This document shows, piece by piece, positions 1 through 12,929 of a stretch of DNA of 64,000 nucleotides; the first letter of the stretch is position 1, and every line of letters starts with the position of its first letter. The notes below the pieces were generated by a model. That model saw only the letters and a list, made by a program, of their open reading frames with translations, ran no database searches and had not been told where the DNA came from. The translations under genes were made by a program, and so were the position numbers. This stretch comes from Octopus sinensis (lineage: Eukaryota), in assembly GCF_006345805.1 (NCBI RefSeq), contig NC_043010.1:48174001-48238000 (forward strand), in the 5' to 3' direction.

Positions 1-128
1 TGGGTCATCTCAAGCATGGCATACAGCCAAAGGTCTCAGTCACTTATCATTGCCTCCATGAGACCCAATGTTTGAAGGGTGCTTTTACATGCCACTGGCA
101 TGGGTGCCAGTTACGAGACACCGGCATG

Positions 129-177
<49 letters not shown>

Positions 178-654
178 ATACATATATATATATATACACA
201 CATGTGTGTGTGAGTGCATGCACCTTTGTGTTTGTCCTCCACCACGCCATGATAACTAGTGTTGGTTTGTTCTCATTAACTTAGTGGTTCAGTAAAACTG
301 ACTGATAGAATAAGTACCAGACCGTGAAGAAAAAAAGAAATATTGTTGTTGATTTACTCAACTAAACTAGTGGTTCTCAACTGGAGGGCCATATAAGTAT
401 TTTAGGGGTTAAGGAGTAAAAACTTCGCTTTAGATGTATTTGTTGCTTCTTTCTGTAATGCTTAACATAGTTCAACATAATTTCCAACCACTGAAATGCA
501 TTCTTTTAAAGAGCACTAGTGCAAACCTACACAAGGTGACTGGGTCCAAAACAAAACAAGAATATTGAAAGGAGTATCTAGAAAAACTAGTTTTTAAAAA
601 AATCAAATGGTTATGGGTGGTGTCCACCTGAATAAAATAGTAATCAAAGTGGTG

Positions 655-930
655 TATCATCATCATCATCGTTTAACGTCCGTTTTCCATGCTAGCATGG
701 GTTGGACGGTTAAACTGGGGTCTGGGGAGCCAGTAGGCTGCGCCAGGCTCAGTCTGATCTGGCAGTGTTTCTACAGCTGGATGCCCTTCCTATCGCCAAC
801 CACTCCGTGAATGTAGTGGGTGCTTTTTATGTGTCACCTGCACAGGTGCCAGACGAGGCTGGCAAATGGCCACAATCAGATGGTGCTTTTAATGTGCCAC
901 CGGCACGGGGGCCAGACGAGGCTGACAACG
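655..930 (-). mobile_element. RTE-tailed SINE or LINE 3' end with (GAT)n tail (family C)
   Basis: Reverse complement ends ...ccaacccatgctagcatggaaaacggacgttaaacgatgatgatg. Further copies at about 7250-7440 plus 7940-8200, 27595-27850, 40790-40915, 47315-47400, 52065-52210, 58848-59095 and 63920-64000. Confidence 0.8.
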
Positions 931-962
931 GCCTAAGGCTGACAGGTAAAAAAAAAAAAAAA

Positions 963-1049
963 AGGGCAAGTGTCTTCTGCTATAGCCCCGGGCCGACCAA
1001 TGCCTTGTGAGTGGATTTGGTAGATGGAAACTGAAAGAAGCCTGTCGTA

Positions 1050-1122
<73 letters not shown>

Positions 1123-1331
1123 TTGTGTGTCTGTGTTTGTCCCCCTGGCATTGCTTGACAACCGATGCTGGTGTGTTTATGTCCCCGTTACTTAGCGGTT
1201 CGGCAAAAGAGACCGATAGAATAAGTACTGGGCTTACAAAAGAATAAGTCCCGGGGTCGATTTGCTTGATTAAAGGCGGTGCTCCAGCATGGCCACAGTC
1301 AAATGACTGAAACAAGTAAAAAAGTAAAAGT
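963..1331 (+). mobile_element. tRNA-derived CORE-like SINE (family A), 5' truncated, with internal (TA)n(TG)n
   Basis: gggcaagtgtcttctgctatagccc CORE-like block, then microsatellite, then 3' half ending aaatgactgaaacaagtaaaa. More than 20 full or partial copies occur in the window. Confidence 0.85.
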
Positions 1332-1656
1332 AACCACTAAAGCTGTGTTCCAACACAGCCACAGTTCAATAATGAATGAAGCAAGTAAAAGACAAATGTT
1401 TATAATTCATAAGACTGGCATTTATTTCTGAACCATTTAGGTTTATGTTTTCTAGTAAAGGCGTTGCTATTCATTTTCTCAATCAAATTAAACTGACTGC
1501 TATTACAGACAACAGACAATCCAACACATGAAGTAGGATATGACTTTGCAATTCACAGGCCAAGTAGAAGTCATATAGTGGGTTTTATATTTTGTTTTAT
1601 CTATTATATAAAATCCGTTCTGTCTGTCTGTTTGTGTGTGTCTTCTCGGATTTCAG

Positions 1657-1890
1657 GCATCCTCCATCATAGCATTATGGAGGTCCTGTTGCTGGATGCC
1701 TGTATCCCTGGAGATTACATCAGGGTAGGAGAGTGTGCGCCCTCTGGTATTGTGAGTAGATGGCTTCCAGAGGAGAAGAGTAGAAATTGCCTCGTTTTCA
1801 GCTTTACAACAATGTCCAGCAAACTGGACTCTGCTATCTTTCACAAGAGATGACATTGTCTTGACCACGGTCGAACAATGATGATGATGA
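1657..1890 (-). mobile_element. RTE-clade LINE 3' fragment, apparently with an inverted 5' part
   Basis: Minus-strand 1657-1852 encodes RVQFAGHCCKAENEAISTLLLWKPSTHNTRGRTLSYPDVISRDTG, typical of the RTE RT C-terminus. Plus-strand 1853-1890 reads IVLTTVEQ*** with a (TGA)n tail. Confidence 0.7.
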
Positions 1891-2092
1891 GAGAAAGGGT
1901 ATGAGCAGAGAGAACAGGGTTCTTGTTGTATAGATGGGATATGGCTATTCACATTTTAGAAGAGAGAGAGGACACGTGGAATTGGAAAGTAATATAAACA
2001 GCGATGAAATATCACGAGTGAGAGTGTGATGTAGGAGATGTCTTGAGAGTTCAGGGCAGCAGAACAGAAATGATGAAACAGTAAACATGGTC

Positions 2093-2142
<50 letters not shown>

Positions 2143-2555
2143 ATATGTTTGTGTGTCTGTGTTTGTCCCCCCAACATCGCTTCACAACCGATGCTGGTGT
2201 GTTTACGTCCCCGTAACTTAGCGGTTCGGCAAAAGAGACCGATAGAATGGCTACTGGGCTTACAGGGAATAAGTCCTGGGATCGAATTGCTCGACTAAAG
2301 GTGGTGCTCCAGCATGGCCACAGTCAAATGACTGAAACAAGTAAAAGAGTAAAAGAGAGTATGGTGGGTATGAAAGAGAAATAATGTGTTGGTGGGTAGG
2401 TTGCAGGAATAAGATGGGGGGGGGAGAGAAATGCTGGTGCAGTGTACGAGAAGTATGGGACAGGTGTATGATGGGCCAAAGACTGACAACAGTAAAAAAA
2501 AAAAAAAAATACACAAACACAAATGAACATGTATAATTAGAAAGCAGTAAATTAC

Positions 2556-2652
2556 CTGAAGAGCCAGCTCGTAACTTACCAGAAGAGGAAGCTTCTTGCA
2601 TCATTTTGAAAGATTATTTTAGAACGGATGAATTAAAAAACTACTGAAGAAC
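2556..2652 (-). CDS. Candidate first coding exon of an unidentified minus-strand gene (MMQEASSS..., continuing left of the window or into unrecognised exons)
   Basis: Minus strand: pyrimidine tract ctttctttcttcAG| acceptor at 2653/2652, then ttcaaaATGATG at 2604. Donor TCTG|gtaagt at 2580 and a second donor CAG|gtaatt at 2556. All three frames are closed upstream of the ATG. No homology is recognisable from 8-16 codons. Confidence 0.45.
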
Positions 2653-2681
2653 CTGAAGAAAGAAAGAAAGAAAGAAATGAA

Positions 2682-2734
<53 letters not shown>

Positions 2735-2756
2735 GTAGTAGTAGTAGTAGTAGTAG

Positions 2757-3189
2757 TAAATGCCCTGAAGCAGTACCAAGCAGTGGCTCTCAAAGTTTAT
2801 GATCTTAACAGATTGGAAGTGTCATCATGTGCATTGTTTTGTCTTGGTATGTGCATTTCTGATCACGAGTAGAAGTAGTGGGGGAGCATCATAGCCATGT
2901 GTTGAAAGGGTTTCTTCGGGGTTTGAATAATTCACCTCTGGAAACATGGGTGGTCGTTCAACATCCTTAAACAACCCTTATTCAGGACCTTTTGAGCAGG
3001 ATGGGCTACTTGACCAGAAGAAAATTCTAATTGGGCCCCACCTTGATATGAGATCACCATGTTGCACACATATGGTTGTGATGCATGTGCCTAGTGTACC
3101 CTTATCAGACAGGTAGTCATGATGGGTATAATGGGCTTTGTATATTTTACCCCAGTGTCACTTTGATGGCATGCACTGCTCTCTCATTC

Positions 3190-3225
<36 letters not shown>
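2757..3225 (+). mobile_element. Non-LTR retrotransposon-derived 3' segment with (AAT)n tail (R4/Dong-like assignment tentative)
   Basis: Lies between (ATT)n(AGT)n and (AAT)n. Related fragments at about 16385-16470 and 40030-40160. Confidence 0.5.
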
Positions 3226-3226
<1 letters not shown>

Positions 3227-3829
3227 TTTTGTACTACAGGTACATGGCATGAAATTTTAGGGGTAGGGGGCTAGTTAATTACACCAACCCCCAGTGCTTA
3301 ACTTGTATTTTATTTTATCGAGCCCGAAAGGATTAAAGGCAAACTTGATTTGGGTGTTATTTGAACTCAGAATCTAAAGCAGGATGAAATGCCATACGTG
3401 ACAGCTGACAGGTAAAAGCGAGAGGAAAATAAAGAACAACAACAAATTAAACAATGCAGACAGGTGTATGAGAGAAAGTGAAGCATTTTTGTAAGGTGGG
3501 AAAAAATTAACCAAACAATCAAGTGGGAGACAGGTATCCCATTTTGATAATATTTCTTTTAAAGAATTTAGTGTAATTGAATCCATTTATAAAGCTTCTT
3601 TGAGGGAAGACTTCTGGTTACCTTCTAACTTAGATTATAGAGTTAAAACTTCAGCTAATAATATATCGCAATAATATATCACATCTCAGTACAAAAGTTG
3701 CTTGCTACTGGCAAGGGTAGTAATAAATACTAAGTTGCCAGTGGTAAATTAAGATAGGACTCACTCCTAAGGTATTGGGATTATATTAAGCAGACACCTT
3801 AATATACCAACCTATATAGGTTTTTTTCG

Positions 3830-3954
3830 TTGTATTTAGTTATGAGAATGAAGAAAATAGTAAAAATTATAAGTTTCTAGCTGATAAATTGACTGTAAAT
3901 TTAATTAACAAAATCCTTCTCTATGTGTGTGTGTGTATACACATAAACACACAC

Positions 3955-3985
<31 letters not shown>

Positions 3986-4085
3986 AACACAGAGAGACGG
4001 ATTTGGTTAATTAAATTTACAGTCAATTTATCAGCTAGAAACTTATAATTATTACTATTTTCTTCATTCTCATAATTAAATACAA
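3830..4085. repeat. Inverted repeat with arms of about 93 bp around a (TG)n/(CA)n core
   Basis: 3830-3922 is the reverse complement of 3991-4085, with few mismatches. Confidence 0.9.
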
Positions 4086-4121
4086 TGTATGTGTGTGTGT
4101 GTATGTGTGTATATATGTGTG

Positions 4122-4183
<62 letters not shown>

Positions 4184-4202
4184 CATACATACATATATAT
4201 AC

Positions 4203-4269
<67 letters not shown>

Positions 4270-4310
4270 CATATACATACATACATATACATACATACAT
4301 ATATACATAC

Positions 4311-4367
<57 letters not shown>

Positions 4368-4587
4368 AATTCAAAGAACAAACAGTTAAAAAACAGAGAA
4401 AAAAAATGAACACGGGGGTGTGCACAAGCATATATTAATTTGATGCTCGGTAAAAGGAAAGAGTTGTTAACGTTTTGAGCATAGCTCTTTGTCAGAAAGA
4501 GAAAAGTCCAAAGAGAAAGAAGAAAAAATAAGGGAAAACTGCCTACAATTCTTGTGTGGTTACATTTCTGAAGTGTCAGGAAGTGGA

Positions 4588-4908
4588 TATATATATATAT
4601 ATATATATCATGTGACCAACCAGGCTATCAGATGTTGCTACACATCGCTGGTCACAATGCGCTTTGCATTGTTTTAGCCTTCAAATTGTGCCACCCCACT
4701 GGCTAAGTGAGCAGGTCAACAGAAGGAAGAGTGAGAGAAAGTTGCAGCAAAAGAGTACAACAGGGGTCGCCACTCTCCCCTGCCGGAGCATCGTGGAGCT
4801 TTTAGGTGTTTTCGCTCAATAAATACTTACAACGCCCGGTCTGGGAATTGAAACCACGATCCTATGACCGCGAGTTCGCTGCCCTAACCACTGGGCCATT
4901 GCGCCTCC
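4588..4908 (-). mobile_element. tRNA-derived SINE (family D)
   Basis: Reverse complement begins ggaggcgcaatggcccagtggttagggcagcg...ggtttcaattccc (A and B boxes), followed by a non-tRNA body. Confidence 0.75.
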
Positions 4909-5084
4909 ACACACACACATACACATATATATCTTTATATCTTTTACTTGTTTCAGTATTAGACTGGGGCACTGCCTTATAATATATATATAAAACAAAT
5001 AGATATAAGTATGCCATATAGACATGACTGTGAGGTTAAGAAGTTCACTGCGGAAAGAAGTGCCATGTTCTTTATATATTTGAG

Positions 5085-5525
5085 TACCATAAATCCTCGA
5101 GTATAATCCACATTTTTTTCCCAAAATTTATATATGAGGTTAAAAATGAAAAATATTTTCTAAGCAATGTCCGAGTTTCTATTTGCTGTCTGGCAAGGTT
5201 TATTCAGACGCATTTTGTGATGTCAGGCGCGAAAATACCTTAAGCTAAGCCTGAAAGCAATGAAGTCATATTAAAATAAAAGTATTCAGAACACAGAATA
5301 ACATGTAACAGAAACAATTTGCAAACATATTTACATTCCCATTATTGTATTACGTATGTGCAGAAGTGTTTGTTTGACTAGGTGCTGCTAGCTTAATTAC
5401 GCACGACTCAAGTTAGAGAAGAGGTGTGTATTATACACAAAGTTTAGGTTTTTCAGAGGTACAGCACCCTAAAAATCCCCCGTGTATTATATTCGAGGGC
5501 GGACTATACTCGAGGATTAACAGTA
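5085..5525. mobile_element. pogo/Tigger-type MITE
   Basis: Terminal inverted repeats TAccataaatcctcgagtataatcc / ggactatactcgaggattaacagTA with TA ends. Confidence 0.75.
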
Positions 5526-7164
5526 TGTGGTTATTTTGAAAATACCTCACAGAGTGGCAACCATGCCCTGCACAGTTATGGGCTGGTCTTTGGCAAGGCA
5601 TAGCAGCTGTTCAGTCACCCTGCCAGGGATATGGCGAAGTCATGTGACTGCAGCATGGTAGATTGTGATGAAGTAGCAGAAGAGCTCAATTGAGTCAACG
5701 GTGCTTCTTACATTGATGTGGAGTGGAGGAATCCTAGAGGATGAATGATTAGGATCACCAAGCTCTATCAAGAACACCTGTTCAGTCACCCTGCCAAGGA
5801 TACAGCAAAGTCATGGGACTGCAGCATGGTGGATTATGAAGAGGTAGTGAAGAGCTCAACTGAGCCAACAGTGGTTCTTATATTGATGTGGAGTGGAGGA
5901 ATCCTCACCTGTCAGGATCATGAAGGTCCATCAAGAGAGGAACTGCAACGCATCCATCGTTGTCCATCATTGTGTAACCAGCTCATGAAAGATTCTCTAG
6001 GACTTGAGCTCCCAATTCAAATTCATAATAATGGAATTGGATAGCGACAAAGAGTCACAGGAATCTGTATTATATATGACAAATATAATTCTGAAGACAT
6101 GACAGCTTCTTAGAGCTGATGCCACAGAAAGAAAAAACAAAAAAACTCAATACACTCCGTGAAGTGGTTGATGTTCGAAAGGGCAGCTATGTAAAAAATT
6201 TATTTATTCTTTATCTTCTATTTCTTATGTGTTCTAGCCCATGCTGGGGCAGTGCCTTGTACTTACTTTTTTTTCAAGTCTGATAATTATTTTATCTGTC
6301 TGTTTTGCCGAACCACTAAGTTACAGGGATGTAATCATACCAACACCAGTTATCAAATGGTGGTAGGGGACAAAAATAAACACATACACATGAAGGGCTT
6401 CTTTCAGTTTCCATCAACCAAATCCACTCATAAGGCTTTAATTGGTTTGGAGCTACAGTAGAAGACACTTGCCCAAGGTAAAACAGTGGGACTGAACCTG
6501 AAATCATGTGGTTTGGAAGCAAGCCTCTTACCACACATCAAACCTGTATAAGATTTTTTTACGTAATTCTGAATAAAAATAAAAACAAAAATAATAATTG
6601 GCAAGATATCATATAAACTCAAAAATTTATTTGTCAAGTATAAAGTGATTCTAGAAGCTTCTGTTGTCAACACAAGCTAAAATGACTGTCTACAGCATTT
6701 CATGTTTATAAACAATCACTGTCAAAAAAGCCAAATGTATTTTGAGTTATTCTTGCAATTTCTATGATTTAAAGACTATTTAATCTCTTTTCTTGCTTTC
6801 TTTATTGATCACATTAGCCTGTCATGATTGATGACCCAATTAAAATTTCTCTTAGCTTGCATTATCCTAGTTGCTGACGCTAAGTAATTTCAAGTATGTG
6901 AAAACCATTGTCAGGACATATGAAGCTGGCTAAGCTTGGCAAATTGAAGAATATCAAAGAGAATTTTAAAAGCCTTACAGAATGTAAGTAAAATAGTTGT
7001 TGTCATGACAACACAAATATCGAGAGAAAAAAAATTTTTTTTTTTTAGTTTGGACAGGGTATAACACACTGTAAGTAGTAAATATTCTATGGATGTTTAA
7101 TTATATAAACTATATATGCATTGCATAACATAAGCACAATAACTTCCTAAACATACTGTCTAAT

Positions 7165-7230
<66 letters not shown>

Positions 7231-8871
7231 ATCATCATCAACAACAACAACATCTAATACCTGTTTTCCATGTTGGCATGGGTTGGATGGCAAGGCCAAG
7301 GGTCACACCAGGTTCCATAGTCTGTTTTGGCTTGGATTCTATGCCTGGATGCCCTTCCTAATGCCAGCCACTCCATAGAGTGCACAGGGTGCTTTTATTT
7401 GTAGCACCAGCACCCGCACCAATGCTTTTTATGTGGCACCTTGGTTTTAGAATCTTAATTCAACTGGGCGGGTACGTCTTCTTGAGTACAGCAACGCTCT
7501 GCATATCTCGAAATCATCTTCATCATTTGACATCCCCTTTTTCATACATGCATGGGTCAGACAGAATGTTAGTGCGCTGGGCAAAATGCTTAGCAGTATT
7601 TCATCTGCCGTTACGTTCTGAGTTCAAATTCCACCGAGGTCGACTTTGCCTTTCATCCTTTTGGGGTCGATAAATTAAGTACCAGTTATGCACTGGGGTC
7701 GATATAATCAACTTAATCCCTTTGTCTGTCCTTGTTTGTCCTCTCCGTGTTTAGCTTCTTGTGAGCAATAAAGAAATAAGAATTTGTTGAGGCACATTTT
7801 CTATAGATGGATGCCCTTCCTTTTGCCAACCCCCACCTCCTGTTTTCAAGCAAGGTAATATTTCCTCATGGTCAGACATGTTTTTCATAGAAGACTGCAA
7901 ATGAATAACATAGCTCATATGACACTGAGTGCCAGTAAGGCGATTCTGGTAATGATCACGCTCGAATGGTGTCTTTTACGTGCCACCGGCACGGAGGCCA
8001 GATAGCCGCTCTGGCAACGATCATGCTCGGATGGTGCTCTTTAAGGCAATGCTGGTAATGATCACGCTCGAATGGTGCCTTTTAAGTGCCACTGGCACAG
8101 AAGCCGGTTAGCCGCTCTGTCAATGATCATACTCATATGGTGCTCTTTGCACCCCACTAGCACAGACGCCAGTCATCGAATTTGATTTTGATTTTTGATT
8201 TATATGGAAGGGATCAAGAGGTGGTATTCATCAACTTTTAGACATTATATTATGTCTATTTATTTATCTTTTTAAAAAACCATTATAACAATATACATAC
8301 ATGTATAACATATTATGCTTTACATATATAATATATAAAAATATAAAACTAACAGTAATAGATATACATTTAATCTTGCTGTGTGAATAAACATATGCAT
8401 GTTGACTAATTTACAATTTATCCACACATACAATCGCAGTAATTTAGTTAAATTATATCTTTATCTATGTGTGTATGTGTGTGTGTGTATATAATTAATA
8501 GAAATAGATCTGAAGGATTACTTTCAGACTGCAGCAGATAAAGTCTCTGTCTGCAGAAAACAATCCACATTGAATTGAATTTTCATTGAATAATATTCCA
8601 GCATGAATTGCTGCATACTGATTGAATAACTATATAGCGGTTTGTCTCTAAAATCTATATATGTATATATATATATATATAATAATTAATAATATTAGGG
8701 AGTATAACTCCAAACTTACAGAGAAAAATTCAACTTAGTATTAAATCAAATTTCACAATATAAATATATAATATATATATAAATTAGAGAAAAACCACAA
8801 AAAAATACAAATTGTATTTTTCTATATGTCTATCATTATTTGAATTACATAATAGTGGTTTTTCTCTAATT

Positions 8872-8902
<31 letters not shown>

Positions 8903-10127
8903 ATTCATATATATATATATGAAATGTGGCACCTTGGACAAATGTCTTCTACTATAGTCTTAGGCTGACCAAAGCCATTTGAGTGGATTTAGTAGACAAA
9001 AACTGAAGAAGCTAAGCTGGCAGAATTGTTAGCACACCGGGCAAAATGCTTAGCGGTGTTTTGTCTGCCACTATGTTCTGAGTTCAAATTCCACCGAGGT
9101 CGACTTTGCCTTTCATCCTTTTGGGGTCGATAATTAAGTACCAGTTACGCACTGGGGCCGATGTAATTGACTTAATCCCTTTGTCCCCTCTATGTTAAGC
9201 CCCTTGTGGGTAATAAAGGAATAAGAAACTGAAAGAAGTCTATATTCTTTTATTCTTTTACTTGTTTCAGTCATTTGACTGTGGTCATGCTGGAGCACTG
9301 CTTTTTAGTCAAATAAATCGAACCCAGGACTTATTCTTTGTAAGCCTAGTACTTATTCTATCGGTCTCTTTTGCCAAACCACTAAGTAACAGGGACGTAA
9401 AAGAACCAACATCGGTTGTCAAGCAATGGTGGTGATGGTGGTGGGGGCAAACACAGACACACACACAAATATATATAAACATATATATATACATACATAT
9501 ATATATATATTATATATATATATATATTATATATATATATATTCATATATATATATATGAAATGTGGCACCTTGGACAAATGTCTTCTACTATAGTCTTA
9601 GGCTGACCAAAGCCATTTGAGTGGATTTAGTAGACAAAAACTGAAGGAAGCTAAGCTGGCAGAATTGTTAGCACACCGGGCGAAATGCTTAGCGGTGTTT
9701 TGTCTGCCACTATGTTCTGAGTTCAATTCCGCTGGGTTCGACTTTGTCTTTCATCCTTTCGGGGTTGATAAATTAAGTACCAGTTACGCACTGGGGCCGA
9801 TGTAATTGACTTAATCCCTTTGTCCCCTCTATGTTAAGCCCCTTGTGGGTAATAAAGGAATAAGAAACTGAAAGAAGTCTATATTCTTTTATTCTTTTAC
9901 TTGTTTCAGTCATTTGACTGTGGTCATGCTGGAGCACTGCTTTTTAGTCAAATAAATCGAACCCAGGACTTATTCTTTGTAAGCCTAGTACTTATTCTAT
10001 CGGTCTCTTTTGCCAAACCACTAAGTAACAGGGACGTAAAAGAACCAACATCGGTTGTCAAGCAATGGTGGTGATGGTGGTGGGGGCAAACACAGACACA
10101 CACACAAATATATATAAACATATATAT

Positions 10128-10170
<43 letters not shown>
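8903..10170 (+). repeat. Tandem duplication, unit about 638 bp
   Basis: 8921 and 9559 start identical sequence. The ORF track gives identical peptides 639 bp apart. The units are bounded by (TA)n. Confidence 0.92.
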
Positions 10171-10171
<1 letters not shown>

Positions 10172-12929
10172 GACAGGCTTCTTTCAGTTTCTGTCTAGGA
10201 AATCCACTCACAAGGCTTTGGTTGGCCCAAGGCTATCGTAGAAGACACTTGCCCAAGGTGTCACAGAGTGGGACTGAGCCCAGAACCATGTGGTTAGGAA
10301 GCAAGCTTCTTACCACACAGCTACACTTATAAATCTGTGTGTGTATGTGTGTGTGTGTCTGTCTGTCTCCCACCACTGCTTGATAACCAGTGTTGGTGCA
10401 TTTATGGTTTTGCAACTTAGCAGTTTGGCAAAAGACACCAATAGGATAAGTACTAGGCTTAAAAACAAGTCCTGGGGCTGATTTGTTCAACTAAACCCTT
10501 CGAGGCGATGCCCCAGCATGGCCACAGTGAAATTACTGGAACAAGTAAAAGATAAAAGATATGTATGTGTTTATGTCTTTGTACCTGTCTCCATCTCTAC
10601 TGCTTGATAATCGGTGCTGGTTTGTTTATGTCCCCCCTGATAGAATAAGTACCAGGTTTACAAAAAAAAAAGAAAAAAAAAAACTCTGGGGTTGATTTGT
10701 TTGACTTGACCTTTTAAGACGGAGCCCCATCATGGCTGCAGACCAATGACCAAACTAAATAAAAGAAAATAGAGACAGACAGACAGACACACACACACAC
10801 ACAGAGCTGACAAGCTTATAATGTGAGAATGGTTACATAACTTTTCCTACATACATTTCACCAAAATATTACAGCCTGTTGCAGCCTGGTGTCGTTGCAA
10901 GACACTCTAGTTCTTCCACTCTGATGTTGGCATTATTGATTAAATGCTATCACACATTAAGAAATAGAGCTGAAGGATTACTTTCAGACTGCAGCAGATA
11001 AAGTCTCTGTCTGCAGAAAACAATCCACACTGAATTGAATTTTCATTGAATAATAATTCCAGCATAAATTGCTGCATACTGACATGACCATCACTATTAT
11101 TTTATCCAATTGCTTTGGCTTGTTTGCTTTCGTCATTTTTTTCTCTCCAATGTTTATGATAATTGAAAAAATTATTTGTATGAAACCTGACTTTTTAAGC
11201 TGGGTATAAGCAAAGGGTAATATAACGAGGTGTTATTTAGCTTTGGTGTTAAATTGTAGGACAGATCACATTACTTTGTCATGATGATATTTCTTATTAT
11301 AAAAAAAAAAAAAACACCTAGAAAATACACTTTCAGTTTACAAAATAATACACAAGTCTGAATGAGCTTTAACCAAACAAATTTTTTATATAAATTTGTG
11401 GCTGTATGGTAGGGAGTTTACATCCCAACCACATGGTTCTGGATTCAGTTCATTTTGTGACACCTTGGTTGTGGCACCTTGGACAGATGTCTTCTGCTAT
11501 AGCCCTGGGCTGACCAAAGTCTTGTAATAGGATTTGGTAGATAGAAACTGAAACAAGGACATCATTGTCTGTTTGTCTGTCTATATACATATGCATGTAC
11601 GTATGTTTCTATGTGTCTGTTCCCATCACTAATTGATTGCTGGTGTTGGTTTGTTTACACCCCCATAACTTAGCAGTTCAGCAATAGAATAAGTACAAGT
11701 CTTAGAGTAAAAAAAAAAAAAAGAAGTTATTTTGTTCGACTAAACCCTTCAAGGCAATGTTCCATCATGGCTAGTTTTTAGCATTATATACAAATTACCA
11801 TGAGAGATCAGACATCAGAAGTCCTAGCATTTCAAAAACACATACATACACTAAAGAATGTCTAGTTGCTGTTTAGTCCAAAGTCAGCCCTGATTTTCTG
11901 TGACCATCCCATCTTTTTCTACATCAGGGATCATATCATCTAGTCAGTCCCTCCTTTTTCAAGATAGATATAATTTGAGAGAGATTTTGTTGCTATTTCT
12001 AGTAAGTCAAGCAGCCATATAAATGCGCCTATGTTGGCTTGTAAAATTTCTAGTTCTAGATACAGCAAACATTCTTCAGAGATTGTTTCATATATTGAAC
12101 ATATGACTGTGCAGCCAAGAATTTAACTTTACAACCATGTGATTCTGGGTTTGATCCAAGCTTGAAGTATCTTTAGCACATATCTTCTATTATAGCCTTC
12201 AGCTAAACAATATGTTGGTTTCAAATTTTGGTACAAGGCTATCAGTTTTGAGGGAGGGGCTGAGCTGCAAAAGTTGATCCAAGTCCTCAGCTGGTACTTA
12301 TTTTATCAACCACGAAAAGATGAAAAGCAAAGTTGGAAGAAATACTGCTAAGCATTTCACCTGGTGTGCTAATGATTCTGTTAACTCACCATCTCTGGGT
12401 TAATAAATATACCTATTTCTTTACTACCCACAAGGGGCTAAACACAGAGGGAACAAACAAGGACAAACGGATTAAGTCGATTACATTGACCCCTGTGCGT
12501 AACTGGTACTTATTTAATCGACCCCGAAAGGATGAAAGGCAAAGTCAACCTCGGCGGAATTTGAACTCAGAACATAGCGGCAGCCGAAATACTGCTAAGC
12601 ATTTTGCCCGGCGTGCTAAAGATTCTGCCAGCTAATCAATATACAGCAAATGGAATTTGGTAGAGGTGAAAGTGTGTAGAAGCCCATTGTATATGGGTGT
12701 ATGTGTGTGACTGTATTTATGCTTACACTGGTTTGGAAAATTGGTGTTGTTAATATTGTGACTTTTATGTCCAGAAACTTAGCCACCGGTTGCCGAAGCA
12801 GACACTCCAATTATATAGTATCAGGAATATAGAAGCTGTTTTCAAATATCCACTGTAAGACTACTAGAATTCCCAGTAACAAAGAAAAAAAACGAAAATC
12901 TAATACTAACAGCTACAAAACATGAACAA

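Noticed and set aside
4835-4908. tRNA-like sequence (also 34306-34375 and 40450-40527)
   Set aside because: A and B boxes are present but there is no closed acceptor stem, and each runs into a SINE body. These are SINE heads, not tRNA genes.
5607-5906. Two diverged copies of about 130 bp, 171 bp apart, inside a 99-aa ORF region
   Set aside because: Probably a decayed retroelement piece with local duplication. The family could not be assigned and the ORF has no coding support.
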